Source: the human T2T-CHM13v2.0 reference genome, Homo sapiens
Reading direction: 5' to 3' (one strand)
Length of the DNA stretch: 64,000 nucleotides
NCBI RefSeq assembly: GCF_009914755.1
Contig: NC_060935.1
Both the position numbers and the translations under genes were made by a program. Of the stretch, positions 1 to 28,632 are shown piece by piece; within the stretch, counting starts at the first letter, position 1, and each line of letters opens with the position of its first letter. Below the pieces are notes generated by a model. The model worked only from the letters and a program-made list of their open reading frames with translations, had not been told where the DNA came from and ran no database searches.

Positions 1-64
1 ATCTACCTCCCACCCCTGTATACATCCATATAGAAGAGAACTCAGGGTTCAATCAGGGGACCTA

Positions 65-480
<416 letters not shown>

Positions 481-549
481 AGGTGGTGGAGGCAGGTAAA
501 TTGGGTCAGAGTCATGCTCCCTTGCTCCCCTCCAAGCAGTAGAAATTGC

Positions 550-760
550 TAATAAAATGCTTAAAACAAGGATCATGATGTGCCAGACACTAGGAGAAGC
601 CCTTTGCATGTAGTACCTCATCTGATCCCTGAGGAGCAGGTACTATTAGCCTGTATGAGGAAGCTGATGCCCAGAGAGGTTTAGGCGATTAGGCTAAAGT
701 GGTAGATTCGGAATTTGAACCCAGGCCCACATGGCTCCAGAGCCCAAGCTTTGGTGCACA
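550..760. mobile_element. MIR fragment
   Basis: MIR core 'gaggaagctga..cccagagaggtt...atttgaacccagg'. More MIRs at ~3230-3420, ~10650-10990, ~19560-19710 and ~46040-46190. Confidence 0.65.
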
Positions 761-782
761 AAGCAATGAGTCTGCCTAGCAG

Positions 783-1402
783 CGTCAGAGATGTTTGAAC
801 CCGAGCAACTCCATCTTGAATAGAGGCTGGGTAAAATGAGGCTGAGACCCACTGGGCTTCATTCCCAGGAGGTGAGGCATTCTTAGTCACAGGATGAGCT
901 AGGTCGGCACACGGTACAGGTCACAAAGACCTTGCTGATAAAACAAGAGGCAGTACAGAAGCCAGCCAAATCCCACCAAAACCAAGATGGCGACGAAAGT
1001 GACCTCTGGTCAGCCTCACTGCTCACTATATGCTAATTATAATGCATTAGCATACTAAAAGACACTCCTACCAGCGCCATCACAATTTACAAATGCCATG
1101 GCAACATTAGGAATTTACCCTATATGGTCTAAAAGTGGGAGGAACCCTCAGTTCCAGGAATTGCCCACCCCTTTCTGGGAAAACTCATGAATAACTCACT
1201 GCTTGTTTAGCATATAAGCAAGAAATAACCAAAACACTAGCCAACCAGCAGCCCTCTGCCTATGGAGTAACCATTCTTTATTTGTTTACTTTCTTAATAA
1301 ACTTGCCTTTACTTTACTGTATGGACTCACCCCGAGTCCTTTCTTGCATGAGGCCGAAAAAGCCTCTCTTGAGGTCTGGATCAGGACCCCTTTCCAGTAA
1401 CA
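783..1402 (+). mobile_element. MER41B solo LTR (ERV1)
   Basis: MER41 termini (GTCAGAG..TTTGAACC..CTCCATCTTG ... TTTCCAGTAACA). Retains the segment with two TTCnnnGAA motifs (1152-1160, 1173-1181). Confidence 0.9.
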
Positions 1403-1769
1403 ATGGGGCAGCCCATGACTTACTAAGCAAATGCACTCACCTCTCTGGGCCTTGGGGTCCTCCCCATTCAGGTCAGATATTTAGTTTAGTTTTATTTGTT
1501 TTATTGTTTTTGTTTTAAGACCATGTGGGGGCTAGTTCCCAGCTCTGGATGCCCATTGGATTCATTAAGTTTCCTTGGTCTGGGTGCATCCTGGACACTG
1601 GGATTTTTTTAAGCTTCCCAGGTGATTCTAATGAGCAGCAAGGTTTGCAAAGGGCCTCACAGGCTATGGTACAGAGATTAAACTTTATTCTGCTAGGTGA
1701 CAAACCAGTGGTGGCTCCTCATGTCCCCCCAGCCCTAGGTCTACTCAGTTGCCTTTTGCTATTTATTAG

Positions 1770-2500
<731 letters not shown>

Positions 2501-2819
2501 GATAGATGGCTTTAAGGCTCTGGCATTCTCTTAGACAAGAGAAGCGACCGAGTTAACACAGGTGGTAGGGCTGAGAGAGGCATCAGAAAGCCCAGACCCT
2601 GCCTCTCGAGCCTGCAGGAAGGAAAATCCAGAGGAGAAGGGATGTAGAAACCAACTCCAGGGAGTTCCAAAGGAGCACAACAAGGTAGACCCTGAGCAGC
2701 CATGAGGGATGGGCCACACTTGTCCCCTCACCTCCCTCAGCAAAGGTAAACCAGGGATCTGGATAAAGCTATATCCACCAAGCTGCATCATCGAAGTAGT
2801 GCCGAAAACACAGAAATAA

Positions 2820-3313
<494 letters not shown>

Positions 3314-3918
3314 TGATCCTCATTTCACAAAGAGGAAATCGAAGCCGGGAATACTTACATAATTTGCCCAACATTGCACAGACAGACAGCAATAGAGCCG
3401 AGATTTGAACCAGGGTCCATTTGCTTAATTAATATCTCTGTTCCGTCCTGTCTCTGAAGGTATAATAAAAAAATATTTACTGACATGAGACAACACTGTT
3501 CACAAAATATTGGTGGAGTGAATAAATCGGGTTCTGGAACAGTATGCAGGGTATGAATCAAGACTTGAGGGAAATACGCCAGATTGCAAATCTGGGAGGT
3601 CTCCGCACATTCTGATTCTGAGTAATTTTTACTTCCTGCTCTGTGATTGTATTTCCCAGTCCTCCATGAAGACTATGTTTTTGTTTTCAATAAGAAAAGT
3701 ATTTTATTTGATTCCCTTAAAAAAAATAAACCTTCGTATGTTGCTGGTGGGGATTCAATGTGTTATATTCCCTATGGAGGGCAATTCTGCAATATTTATC
3801 AAAGTTGTAAATGTGTTTGCCCTCTGAGTCAGCAGTCCTGAGTCTACATTTTATTCTTATAGGTAGAGCCTAGCAAGGATGATGTACCAGGTTATTCACG
3901 GCAGCATGGCTTCTACTA

Positions 3919-4194
<276 letters not shown>

Positions 4195-4719
4195 TCAAAA
4201 AAAAAAAAAAAGAAAAGAAAAGATTGGAGCCGGGTGCAGGCACTTTGGGAGGCTGAGGCAGAATGATTGCTTGAGCCCAGGAGTTCGAGACCAACCTGGG
4301 AAACATAGTGAGACCCCATCTCTATGAAAAACAAAAAGAAATTAGCCGGGCATGGTGGCGCATGCCTGTTGTCCCAGCTACTCGGGAGGCTGAGGTGGGA
4401 GGATTGCTTGAGCCTGGGAGGTCGAGGTTGCAACAAGCCATGGTTGTACCACTGCTCTAGACTGCGTGGGTGTCAGAGTGAGAACTTGTCTCAGAAAAAA
4501 AAAAGAAAAAAAAAGATTGGAAACAATATAAGTGTGCATTTTATCACGGTCTGATTAAACAAAGTATGGAAGGAATACTATTCAACAACAATAACAAAAA
4601 AGAACAAACAAGCTTCTTATACAGAGAGGGAAAGACCCCTGGGATAGTTTAATTAAAAAGGCCAGATACAGAACAGAGTGTTTATAATGTTACTACTTCT
4701 GTGTGAGAAAGAAGGGCAT

Positions 4720-5075
4720 TATCTTAGTCAGTTTGAGATGTTATAACAGAATACTATCAACTGGGTGGCTTGGAAACTATAGAAATGTAGTTCTCAAAGT
4801 TCTGGAAGCTGGAAGTTCAAGACCAGGTGCCAGCATGGTTGGGTCTGGTGAGGGCCCCTTCTGGGTTGCAGACTGCCAACTTGCCACTGTGTCCTCACAT
4901 GGCAGGAAGAGGACCAGAGAGCTCTCTGGGGTCCCTTTTATAAGGACACTGATCTCATTCATGAGGGCTACACGCTCATGACCCACTTACCTCCCAGAGT
5001 CCCCTCCTCCCAATACCATCACATTGAGGGTGGAGATTACACCATAGGAATTTGGGGGGTAGGAACGTAGGCATG
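4720..5075 (-). mobile_element. MLT1A-type MaLR LTR
   Basis: 'cttagtcagttt...actgggtggctt...ttctggaagctggaagttcaaga...gtcctcacatggcag...ataccatcacattg' MaLR signature. Confidence 0.75.
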
Positions 5076-5186
5076 TGGGGGACAGAGGAGACATAAACAT
5101 CCAGCCCATGGCAGGAGGCAAGGAAAAAATCTATTTTTGCATCTCCTTGTTCTTTGTCTCAGAGACGCGGGAAGGCAGGGTGATAA

Positions 5187-5597
<411 letters not shown>

Positions 5598-6569
5598 TGA
5601 CCCACCCGCCTTGGCCTCCCAAAGTGCTGGGATTACAGGCATGAGACACCACGCCTGGCCCAGCCCCTGCTTTTTTATCCTGTTTTGATGTTTGGACCAT
5701 GGGACTGTATTGCCTGGTGCAAAAATCATCATTCTTTTAAAAAGCACTGCACGTGGAAGAGTAGCTTTCCTTCCCTGTTCCCCACATCATGGAGGCATGG
5801 GGAGGCCTTGGAAGAGGAGAAGGTTTGGTGGACAGCAGTGAGCTCTGTGTGTTCCTGTAACACCTCGGCTACGTCTGTCAGTCTGTCTGTCCGGTGCTCC
5901 AGCTCAGGGGTGAAGCCTCGGACCTTCTCTGGGGGAGTTGCCCTCCATTATATTAGCTGAGGTATATAGAAGATGACACAGGGTAAGAGACAGGGTGCTT
6001 CTCCCCTCCTCAAAGACTCCTCAAGCTTTCTATTGGGGGCAAAGACCCTGGAGCTTCCTCAGCTGCCTTAGTGCAATGTCCAGCACGTAGTAGGCACTTA
6101 GTAAGCCTTCATTTAATTAACTGCTCCCCTGCCTGCCTGGTTGTTTCACCCTTTGGGTGGTAAGCCTCTTACTCACACAAATCTGCCCCTGTGGTTTAAG
6201 CCTCAGCTTTGCTGGTACAAGGGACCATATTATTATAATCAGATCATCAGATTACTTCCTCTTTGCATCTGGCAGAGATCAGTGCACTGAGCAAAGGGAA
6301 ATGAAAGCACAAAGCATCCATCCCATTGGGCAGAAATTTATTAAGTACCCACTAAAAAATAAATGTATCAAGAACCTAAGCCTTGGGTCTAGGTTCTGCA
6401 ACGCAGCATGCCTTGGACTACCTGTGCCAGGGCACTCCCTTTGCTCTGTGCACTCCCTCTGTGGGGGTGACAAGTGGCAGCTAACACTTACGGAGCACTC
6501 ACAAGTGCCAGGCCCTGTGCCGAGCACTCCGTACACAATGTCTCACTCAATCCTCACAAGTGCTTTCGT

Positions 6570-7125
<556 letters not shown>

Positions 7126-7330
7126 TAGCCAGGATGCTCTCGATCTCCTGACCTTGTGATCCGCCTGCCTGGGCCTCCCAAAGTGCTGGGATTACAGGCG
7201 TGAGCCACCGCGCCCGGACTCCATTAATTCTTAACCCTGACTGCTCATCAGAATTCACAGGAAGTTTTTGAAAAAATATTGATGCCTAGGCACCACCGTG
7301 GCCCTATCAAATCAGAAACTTTGTGGGTGA

Positions 7331-7918
<588 letters not shown>

Positions 7919-8077
7919 TAAAAGCATTAATTTGTTAAATGTAAACATCTAAAACATGCCACAATCATCGTAAGCCGTATTAGCATGTCTTGATTTTTTT
8001 AAAAAACCAGGAGTGGCCGGGTGCGGTGGCTCACGCCTGTAATCCCAGCACTTTTGGAGGCCGAGGCGGGCGGATCA

Positions 8078-8374
<297 letters not shown>

Positions 8375-8479
8375 CTAGAGAGTTCCCACCCTGATATCTG
8401 GCCACAGGCTGGGTTGCCCAGCCCTGGGCCCTTCCCTTCTGTGAAAGTTTGAGTTCTTGATCCCAATTCTTCATTACCC

Positions 8480-9640
<1,161 letters not shown>

Positions 9641-9798
9641 CTTCTCAAACTGTGCTGTGCACAGACATATCAGCCCTTTGACCTCAGAGAACTTAAGGAG
9701 CCTAGCACAGTGGAGGAGAGTGAGTGGACAGGGAACATTTCCCTTCTGGAACCCGATGTTAGCATCTAGCCTTTACAAGGGTTATGGCCAGGCCATAG

Positions 9799-10357
<559 letters not shown>

Positions 10358-10990
10358 TGATCATAGCTCATTGCAGCCTTGGGCTCCTGGGCTCAAGGGA
10401 TCCTCCCACCTCAGCCCCCTGATTAGCTGGGATTGCAGGTGTGTGCCACCGAGCCTAGCTAATCTTTAAATTTTTTGTAGAGACAAGGTGTTGCTGTGTT
10501 GCCCAGGCTGGTCTCAAATTTCAGCCCTCAAGTGATCCTCCTGCCTCAGCCTCCCAAAGCACTGGGATTACATGCATAAGCCACCATGCCTGGGCCCACA
10601 AACATTACTTTCTTTTGAAACCAGACTTCCTGCCGAATTTGAAGCCCAGCTGCACCACTTACATGTTGTGTGAACTTGGACAGGTTGCTTAACTTCTCCG
10701 GGTCTCAGGATCCTAATCTGTAAAATGAGAATGAAAATAATAGTACCTACCTCTGTTGTACAGATTGAATAAATCTTTGTGTAATGCATAGAACAGTGCC
10801 TGGCACATGGTAAGCATCATATAAGCAAGAGCTTCGGTTATTAAGTACTCTACATGTATTTACCTCTCTCAACAAACCAACCAGCAAATTTTATCACTAT
10901 TTTTGGATAATGGAACTGAGATTAAGAGAGGTCAAATGACTTGTCCAAGGTCACAAAATATGTGAGTCACTGAGCCAAGTATGAAAATAA

Positions 10991-11231
<241 letters not shown>

Positions 11232-11489
11232 TGAACTCCTGACCTCGTGAATCCGCCCACCTCAGCCTCCCAAAGTCCTGGGATTAGACAGACATGAGCC
11301 ACTGTGCCCGGCTGTATATCCCCCACATTTAGTGGGAGCTTGGCCCACATTGGGCAGCAATGAATGTCAATGAATGCCTGTGTGAACAGGCCTGGCTAGG
11401 TGGAAGGCAGGCTGGGTTGTGATTGGAGTTCACCCGGTGCCCTCTTTACTTCACCTGGCTTCTTTTTTATTTTTATTTTTATTTTTTGA

Positions 11490-11633
<144 letters not shown>

Positions 11634-12127
11634 TAATTTTTTTTTTTTTTTTTTTGTATTTTTAGTAGAGACAGGGTTTCTCCATGTTGGTCAGGCTGGT
11701 CTCGAACTCCTGACCTTAGGTGATCCACCCGCCTCCACCTCCCAAAGCGCTGGGATTACAGGCGTGAGCCACTGCGCCTGGCCCTACTTCACCTGGCTTC
11801 TTAATGGGCTGGGGACTGGTTGGCCAGAGGGGACCTCCCCCAGGTTGGTTTGCCGGGCAGGGGCGCAATGGAAGCTGCCCTGGGTTGCGATGTGAAGTCA
11901 AGCCATATGGCTTGGGCACAACCAGCTCTGCTATATCTGGCTGTGTGTCCAGGGCCAGTTGCTTTCCAGGCTCTCTGAGACTCAGTTTACTCCTGAGTCA
12001 GGAAGCAGAACCAGGGAGCAGCAGGACAGACAAAGCCGGGGGCCACCTTCAGAGCCCCAGAGCCTCCCACTGTGTCCTCTGCTGCCTGCAAAAAGGCCAC
12101 CTCCCTCTCACAGGGAAACCTGAGACC

Positions 12128-12140
12128 TGCTGAGTCAGCA
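12128..12140. promoter_or_regulatory. Perfect T-MARE (Maf recognition element / double ARE)
   Basis: TGCTGAGTCAGCA is an exact 13-bp match in non-repeat DNA; function not shown. Confidence 0.55.
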
Positions 12141-12447
12141 GATTTGTGGGCCCAGACAGCTGTGTCCCCTCCCCGCCCCCAGCCCAGAGAGAAGGCCCGT
12201 CCCTCTGAAAGGCAAGGACAGGTGCTGGGCTTCCCTGGAGCCAGAGCACGCCCTGATAACCCAAGAGCCAGATACACGAGGCCTCTCCTGCTGCAGAAGG
12301 TCAGGCAGAACCCCGGGGCCTGGCACAGAGGAAACGGAGAGCATGTCCCAGCTGTGGTCACTTCACCCTTGGAGTGTCAGTTTCCTTAACACAGAAATCA
12401 AAACTCCGCCAGGCGCAGTGGCTCACGCCTATAATCCCAACACTTTA

Positions 12448-12717
<270 letters not shown>

Positions 12718-13764
12718 TCAAAACTGAATCTTGGGCCTGTGGAGAAGCCCCTGCAGGTTCAAGAAGACCCTCTATAAACTGCAAAGGCTTGTGCTCCAGG
12801 AGGCTGCTCTCAGGTCCTCCGTTTCCATGTCTGTAAAATAAGAGCAAGGAGCTTGCAAGGGCCTTCTAGCCAGGAAGGCCTCCAATCCAGTCCTTCAGGA
12901 AACCATCCCCCTAGCTCAGTATCACTCATGATGTGAAGGTGCTTCTGCTGTCATGCTGCGTGGCATACCACCATCACCCATGATGTCTTTTTGCCCAAAA
13001 TGCCTAACTTGGGTCCAATAATTTCCAGTTTACCAGAAATACAGGAGACTAAGGAAGAAATGAAACAAGAGAAAAACAACACAATAAACCCTGAAGGTGG
13101 GGCATTTTGCAAACAACAAGTCCAGTTTTATGACATGTCATTGTCATAAAAAAGGACTTGCCAGACTAAAAGAGACTTAAGGGCATCCAACCACAGGCGT
13201 TGCAGGGTCCTTGACTGCACTCCCATTTTCAGGTGCCAGCATAAAGGACATTTTAGGAGCAATGAGAGAATTTGAATGTGGGCTGAGCATTAGATAAGAT
13301 GGAGATGTATTGACAGGGAGAGGCTGAGATAACTGACAAGGACAGCATGATCTCATTTTGATTTTTAAAATTACATATGCCTAGGCACAGTGGCTCATGC
13401 CTGTAATCCCAGCACTCTGGGAGGCTGAGGCAAGTGGATCTCTTGAGGTCAGGAGTTCAAGACCATCCTGGCCAACACAGTAAAACCCCGTCTCTGCTAA
13501 AATACAAAAATTAGCCGGGCATGGTGGCAAGGGCCTGTAGTCCCAGCTACTAGGGAGGCTGAGGCAGGAGGATCACTGGAACCTGGGAAGTGGAGGTTTC
13601 AGTGAGCCAAGATCGCACCACTGTACTGTAGCCTGGGCAATAGAGCGAGACTCTGTCTCAGAAAAACAAACAAACAAAACACAAAAATATTACATATGCA
13701 GGGCTGGGCGCTGAGGCTCATGCCTGTAATCCCAACACTTTGGGAAGCTGAGGCAAGCAGCTCA

Positions 13765-14214
<450 letters not shown>

Positions 14215-14297
14215 CTAGATGGTAGGAATAGAGTGGTTTTGTTTTCTTATTTTTGCTCATCTGTAACTTCCAGCTTTCTCTAATGTACGTGCACAGC

Positions 14298-15277
<980 letters not shown>

Positions 15278-15874
15278 TAGTCCCGGGCTCTGACAGCTTC
15301 CTGTGGCCTCAGCTTCCTCTTTCAGCTCCTGCCCCATCCAGGACTTGCCAAGAACATTAACCAGGCAATGGCACCTCGGGTCACAGCTTTCCTCCCCTCT
15401 GAGCACCGCCCTTCCTTCCTCCCCTCCCTCCCCGACATCATGGTGCTTCCATGGGGAAGTGTCCATTGAATTACAGCAACGCCATGTGTTCACTCCCTCC
15501 TTCTCCCCTGCAGAGAAGTGACTTACCTGATGGCCAAGCGTGGGAGGAGCTCCTGGGCATGCCCAGCCCAGCGCACCATCTCTTTTGGAAGCCTTTATTG
15601 GTCTGTTGCTGCCTGGCAGTTAGCAGCCTCTGGTATCCCCACTGAGCCAGGGACTGGGCATTTTCAGTGGGTGAATGTCAAGTTCAAGGGTAGGATAGCA
15701 GGAAGCCAGCTTGGCCATTGCTCTTAAGTCACAGGAAAATATTTTGATCTCTCTCTGTCTGACTGTTGTGTGTCTCTCTCAGTCGCTTTCAAACTTGGAT
15801 GGAGAAGAGTAGCATCCTTTACCGGATCCTCTAAAATCCAACATCTGTCTCTTCCCTGCCCCAGTGGCCCCTTC

Positions 15875-16838
15875 TGTAGGGGTGGGTTGCCCCTCCACAC
15901 CTGTGGGTGTTTCTCATAAGGTGGAACGAGAGACTTGGAAAAGAAAAAGACACAGAGACAAAGTATAGAGAAAGAAATAAGGGGGCCCGGGGAACCAGCG
16001 TCCAGCATATGGAGGATCCCGCCAGCCTCTGAGTTCCCTTAGTATTGATCATTCGTGGGTGTTTCTCCGAGAGGGGGATGTGTCAGGGTCACAAGACAAT
16101 TGTGGAGAGAGGGTCAGCAGAGAAACATGTGAACAAAGGTCTTTGCATCATAGACAAGGTAAAGGATTAAGTGCTGTGCTTTTAGGTATGCATTCACATA
16201 AACATCTCAATGCTTTACAAAGCAGTATTGCTGCCCGCATGTCCCACCTCCAGCCCTAAGGCGGTTTTTCCCTATCTCAGTAGATAGAACGTACAATCGG
16301 GTTTTATACCGAGACATTCCATTGCCCAGGGACAGGCAGGAGACAGATGCCTTCCTCTTGTCTCAACTGCAAGAGGTGTTCCTTCCTCTTATACTAATCC
16401 TCCTCAGCACAGACCCTTTACGGGTGTCGGGCTGGGGGACGGTCAGGTCTCTCCCTTCCCACGAGGCCATATTTCAGACTATCACATGGGGAGAAACCTT
16501 GGACAATACCTGGCTTTCCTAGGCAGAGGTCCCTGCGGCCTTCCGCAGTTTTTGTGTCCCTGGGTACTTGAGATTAGGGAGTGGTGATGACTCTTAAGGA
16601 ACGTGCTGCCTTCAAGCATCTGTTTAACAAAGCACATCTTGCACCGCCCTTAATCCATTTAACTCTGAGTTGACACAGCACATGTTTCAGAGAGCACGGG
16701 GTTGGGGGTAAGGTTATAGATTAACAGAGTCTCAAGGCAGAAGAATTTTTCTTAGTACATAACAAAATGGAGTCTCCTATGTCTACTTCTTTCTACACAG
16801 ACACAGTAACAATCTGATCTCTCTTGCTTTTCCCCACA
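15875..16838 (-). mobile_element. LTR5_Hs solo LTR (HERV-K HML-2), 964 bp
   Basis: Minus strand begins TGTGGGGAAAAGCAAGAGAGATCAGATTGTTACTGTGTC and ends ...GCAACCCACCCCTACA. Perfect 6-bp TSD CCCTTC at 15869-15874 and 16839-16844. Very close to the recalled consensus. Confidence 0.96.
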
Positions 16839-16879
16839 CCCTTCTCCCCTGCCCAACTCCACGCTCAGGTGGAAGCTGA

Positions 16880-19462
<2,583 letters not shown>

Positions 19463-20642
19463 AGTCAGTTACACACTATAGTGCTTGGAGGGGGATCAAT
19501 AAAAATGATGGCTCATATTCCCTAACTAACTTGCTGATGCTTTACTCACACTAACTCATGTGACCTGCAGCAAGGCCTAAGAGGTAGGGGCCACACTTAC
19601 CCCCAGTTTATAATGAGAAAACCAAAGCCTAGAGAGATGGAGACCATTGCCCAAGGCCAATCAGCTCATCAGTTGCAGAGCAAGACTTTGAACCCAGGCA
19701 GTCTGGCTCCTGTGGCCCCTGTTTGATCACCCCACTAGCAAGGGCCAGACCTGTGCTCTAGTGAAGCATTGCGAAGGGAAATCGCAGCAGTATGGAGGGA
19801 GCTGGGGCGGGGTTGAAGAAATCTGGGCTAAGAGGTAACAGGAGATCATAGGCATTCACTGGAGATTCTCAAAAACATTGAGAAGGATGCTAGCCTTCCC
19901 TGGTATGAAGGACAGAGACAGCCATTTTCACTGGATCTTACAAGGAAGGGTGACTCCAGGGAGGTGGAAGATCAGAAGCATCCTGTCCCAATGGAAACTC
20001 CAAAATGGCCATGTTGGTTTACATCCAGGGCCCATCTGAACTCTGTTTGTTTCTGAACTCTTAAATTTCAACAGCTTCACCTATTTCCATCCCATTTGTT
20101 AATAGCTGTATTTTAATGTATTCATTGGCTGAGAAAATACAGCACAAAAGACTACTTTGAATTCAGAAATGCTTTCAGTGAATTTGAATGTTATTAATCA
20201 CAGTGGCATCCACATTCATTTGAAAAACATTACATCTGTAGAAGCCAAATGCTTTCCAGCGACAGTGCTTGGGGCACTTATGGCCAATGCTGAGTAAAAG
20301 GCATAGGTGGAAACTAGGAAGAGGCAAGAAAGAAGTGACTGATGCACCAGCGCCAGAATCCCCCAGGACCCAGCTCAACCCCCTGGGGTGGCTCAGGGTC
20401 ACTACCACAGTCCTGATCCATGTCACCTACTCCCTGCTGGTATATGTGCTGAGAAAAGGCTTTGATTGGGCCATCCTAGTGCCACTCATTATGGAGCAAC
20501 TCCATGGGGCAGAGCTTAGGCCAGCCCCCACCAAGAGGCTAGCTGACCTCCTGTCCAGCCCAAATGGAGGCGCTGGACAATTGCAGGTCAGTCCAGGGCA
20601 ATCACCTGTTCCCAGTGGGGCCGTTGCGAGGGATGGATGAAG

Positions 20643-21755
<1,113 letters not shown>

Positions 21756-21881
21756 AAAGGAGCAGGTTGGGGCTACAGTCTTCAAAAGGTGGCTGGAAAA
21801 TTGGCAAAATTGAAAGGAATGACAATACCAACTGTTGGCAAGGATGTACAGCAACTGAAACCCTCACACATGGTTGGGGAG

Positions 21882-22565
<684 letters not shown>

Positions 22566-22874
22566 CTTTTTTTTTTTTTTTTTGAGATGGAGTCTGGCTC
22601 TGTTGCCCATGCTGGAGTGTAGTGGCCGTGATCTTGGCTCACTGCAACCTCTACCTCCTGGGTTCAAGCGATTCTCCTGCCTCAGTCTCTGGAGTAGCTT
22701 GGATTACAGGCATGTGCCACCACACCGGGCTAATTTTTGTATTTTTAGTAGAGATGGGGGTTTCACTATGTTGGCCAGGCTGGTCTCGAACTCATCTCAT
22801 GACCTTGGGTGATCCACACGCCTTGGCCTCCCAGAGTGCTGGGATTACAGGCGTGAGCCACTCCACCTGGCCGC

Positions 22875-23460
22875 CTTTTCTCTTATTAATCAGCTTTTTG
22901 TCAGTTGATTTTTCAGCAAACCTTCAGTGGGTGAAGGGGAACTTTTCCCATGGCTCCTACAAAAGGCCAAAAGGACAGGATTTCGGACAGTTGAACACCT
23001 GGAGTTTCCTGTAGAGTGGCGCCTAGGGGAAAGCGTGGAAGCTCAGAGCCCATACCTCATCCAATGCATCCCTTTATCTGTGTCCTTTGTAATCCTCTAT
23101 AATAAACTGGTTAACGTAAGTTTCCCTGAGTTCTGCGAGCCGCTGTAGCAAATTAATCGAGGAGGTCGGGGAACCCCAACTTGAAACCAGTCGGTCAGAA
23201 GTTCTGGAGGCTTGGACTTGCAGGTGTCTGAAGTGGGGACAGTCTGATGGGACTGAGTTCTAACCCTGTGGGATGTGATGCTATCTCCAGGTAAACAGCA
23301 CCAGAATTGAACTGAATGAGAGGACACCCAGCCAGTGTCTGCTGCTTGGTGTGTGGGGGAAAAAACCCACGCATTTGGTCACGGAAGTATTCTGTGGTGT
23401 TGATTGTGGTTGTGTTGAGAGGGCAGAAAAACACTTGTGTGTGTGTTTCCTGAGAAATAC
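22875..23460 (+). mobile_element. MER21-like LTR fragment, preceded by the 3' end of another LTR
   Basis: Characteristic 'aataaactggttaacgtaagtttccctgagttctg', 'gtcggtcagaagttctggagg' and 'gggatgtgatgctatctccagg' stretches. Confidence 0.7.
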
Positions 23461-23531
23461 CTGGTGTGGCCGGGCACGGTGGCTCACGCCTGTAATCCCA
23501 GCACTTTTGGGAGGCCGAGGTGGGCAGATCA

Positions 23532-24231
<700 letters not shown>

Positions 24232-24289
24232 TCAAGCCCTTCACTTAGGATTAGTGTGTAACTTTAATAAAAAAGAAAAAATCTTTCTT

Positions 24290-27179
<2,890 letters not shown>

Positions 27180-27222
27180 TGAGTAGCTGGGATTACAGGC
27201 ACCTGCCACCACGCCCGGCTAA

Positions 27223-27369
<147 letters not shown>

Positions 27370-28293
27370 TAAAGCTACTAAGAAAAAAAAGGTTCTGAGA
27401 GCTCAGGCTTCCCTGAGATTTCCTGGATTTCCCCCTCCTCCTCTAGCCGGTCCTGTTCTTTGAGACCCCATCACAAACCTGCCTTCAGCACCCTGGAGTT
27501 CAAGGGCTTGCAGATCCTTCTTGACATCAGCTTCCCAAGGCAGAAAAGTATCTGAAAGGAGCTTTGGCTCCTTTGGGGGCCCATTAGGAAGCCATCATCA
27601 TTCATGAATTTACCAAAAAGGCCACCTTCTGGCTGACACCTCAGGAGAGGATGGGATGACATCAGTTTGCCCAATCAAGGGATCAGCCTTGAGTTTCTGC
27701 TAGCTGCTCAAGCTCAGCTTTGAATGTCGCCAGTACCCCAGGGCAAAAGCTCAGGGAAAGCACCTCGACTGAGCACCTACCGTGCACCAAGCACCACACC
27801 TAGAATCCTTAACAGCACCCAAAGAGGACATTATTGAACACATTTCCCTGATTAGGAAACTGAGCCTCATAAAGAGTCCCACAACTAGAAAATGAGGGAT
27901 TCACACTTCAGAGCCAGCTCTAAATCCCAGTTAGGGACCTTCCAGACTCATGGCTGGCCTTGTGGGGTGCAGCAGGCTCTCTGAGCTTAGAGGCAACAGC
28001 AGCCCTTTCTCAGAGATAAGAGGCAGGAGAGAGAGGGCAAAGTCCACTCTCAGCCCCCTCTGTGAGGCCTATCAAAATAGAAGCCCTGGCTCCCTGCATA
28101 TCTGGCAGGGTCTCTTCACCCAGGAATCTTTCAGGTAGAGGAGGCTTCTGGCTAGAGGGACTTCTGTGTCTCCCACAGAATACAGTTCTCCTCCCCTTTT
28201 TGCCTACCTCCTTGCCAACAGCCAGGGTCACGCTGATCCTTTACAGACAGGGAAGCCTTGGGAAGAGAGAATGTACGTGTGTTGGGGTGGTGA

Positions 28294-28632
<339 letters not shown>

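Noticed and set aside
27484-27504. TTCAGCACCCTGGAG as a REST site
   Set aside because: Only the left half matches; the right half lacks the AG..CC core.
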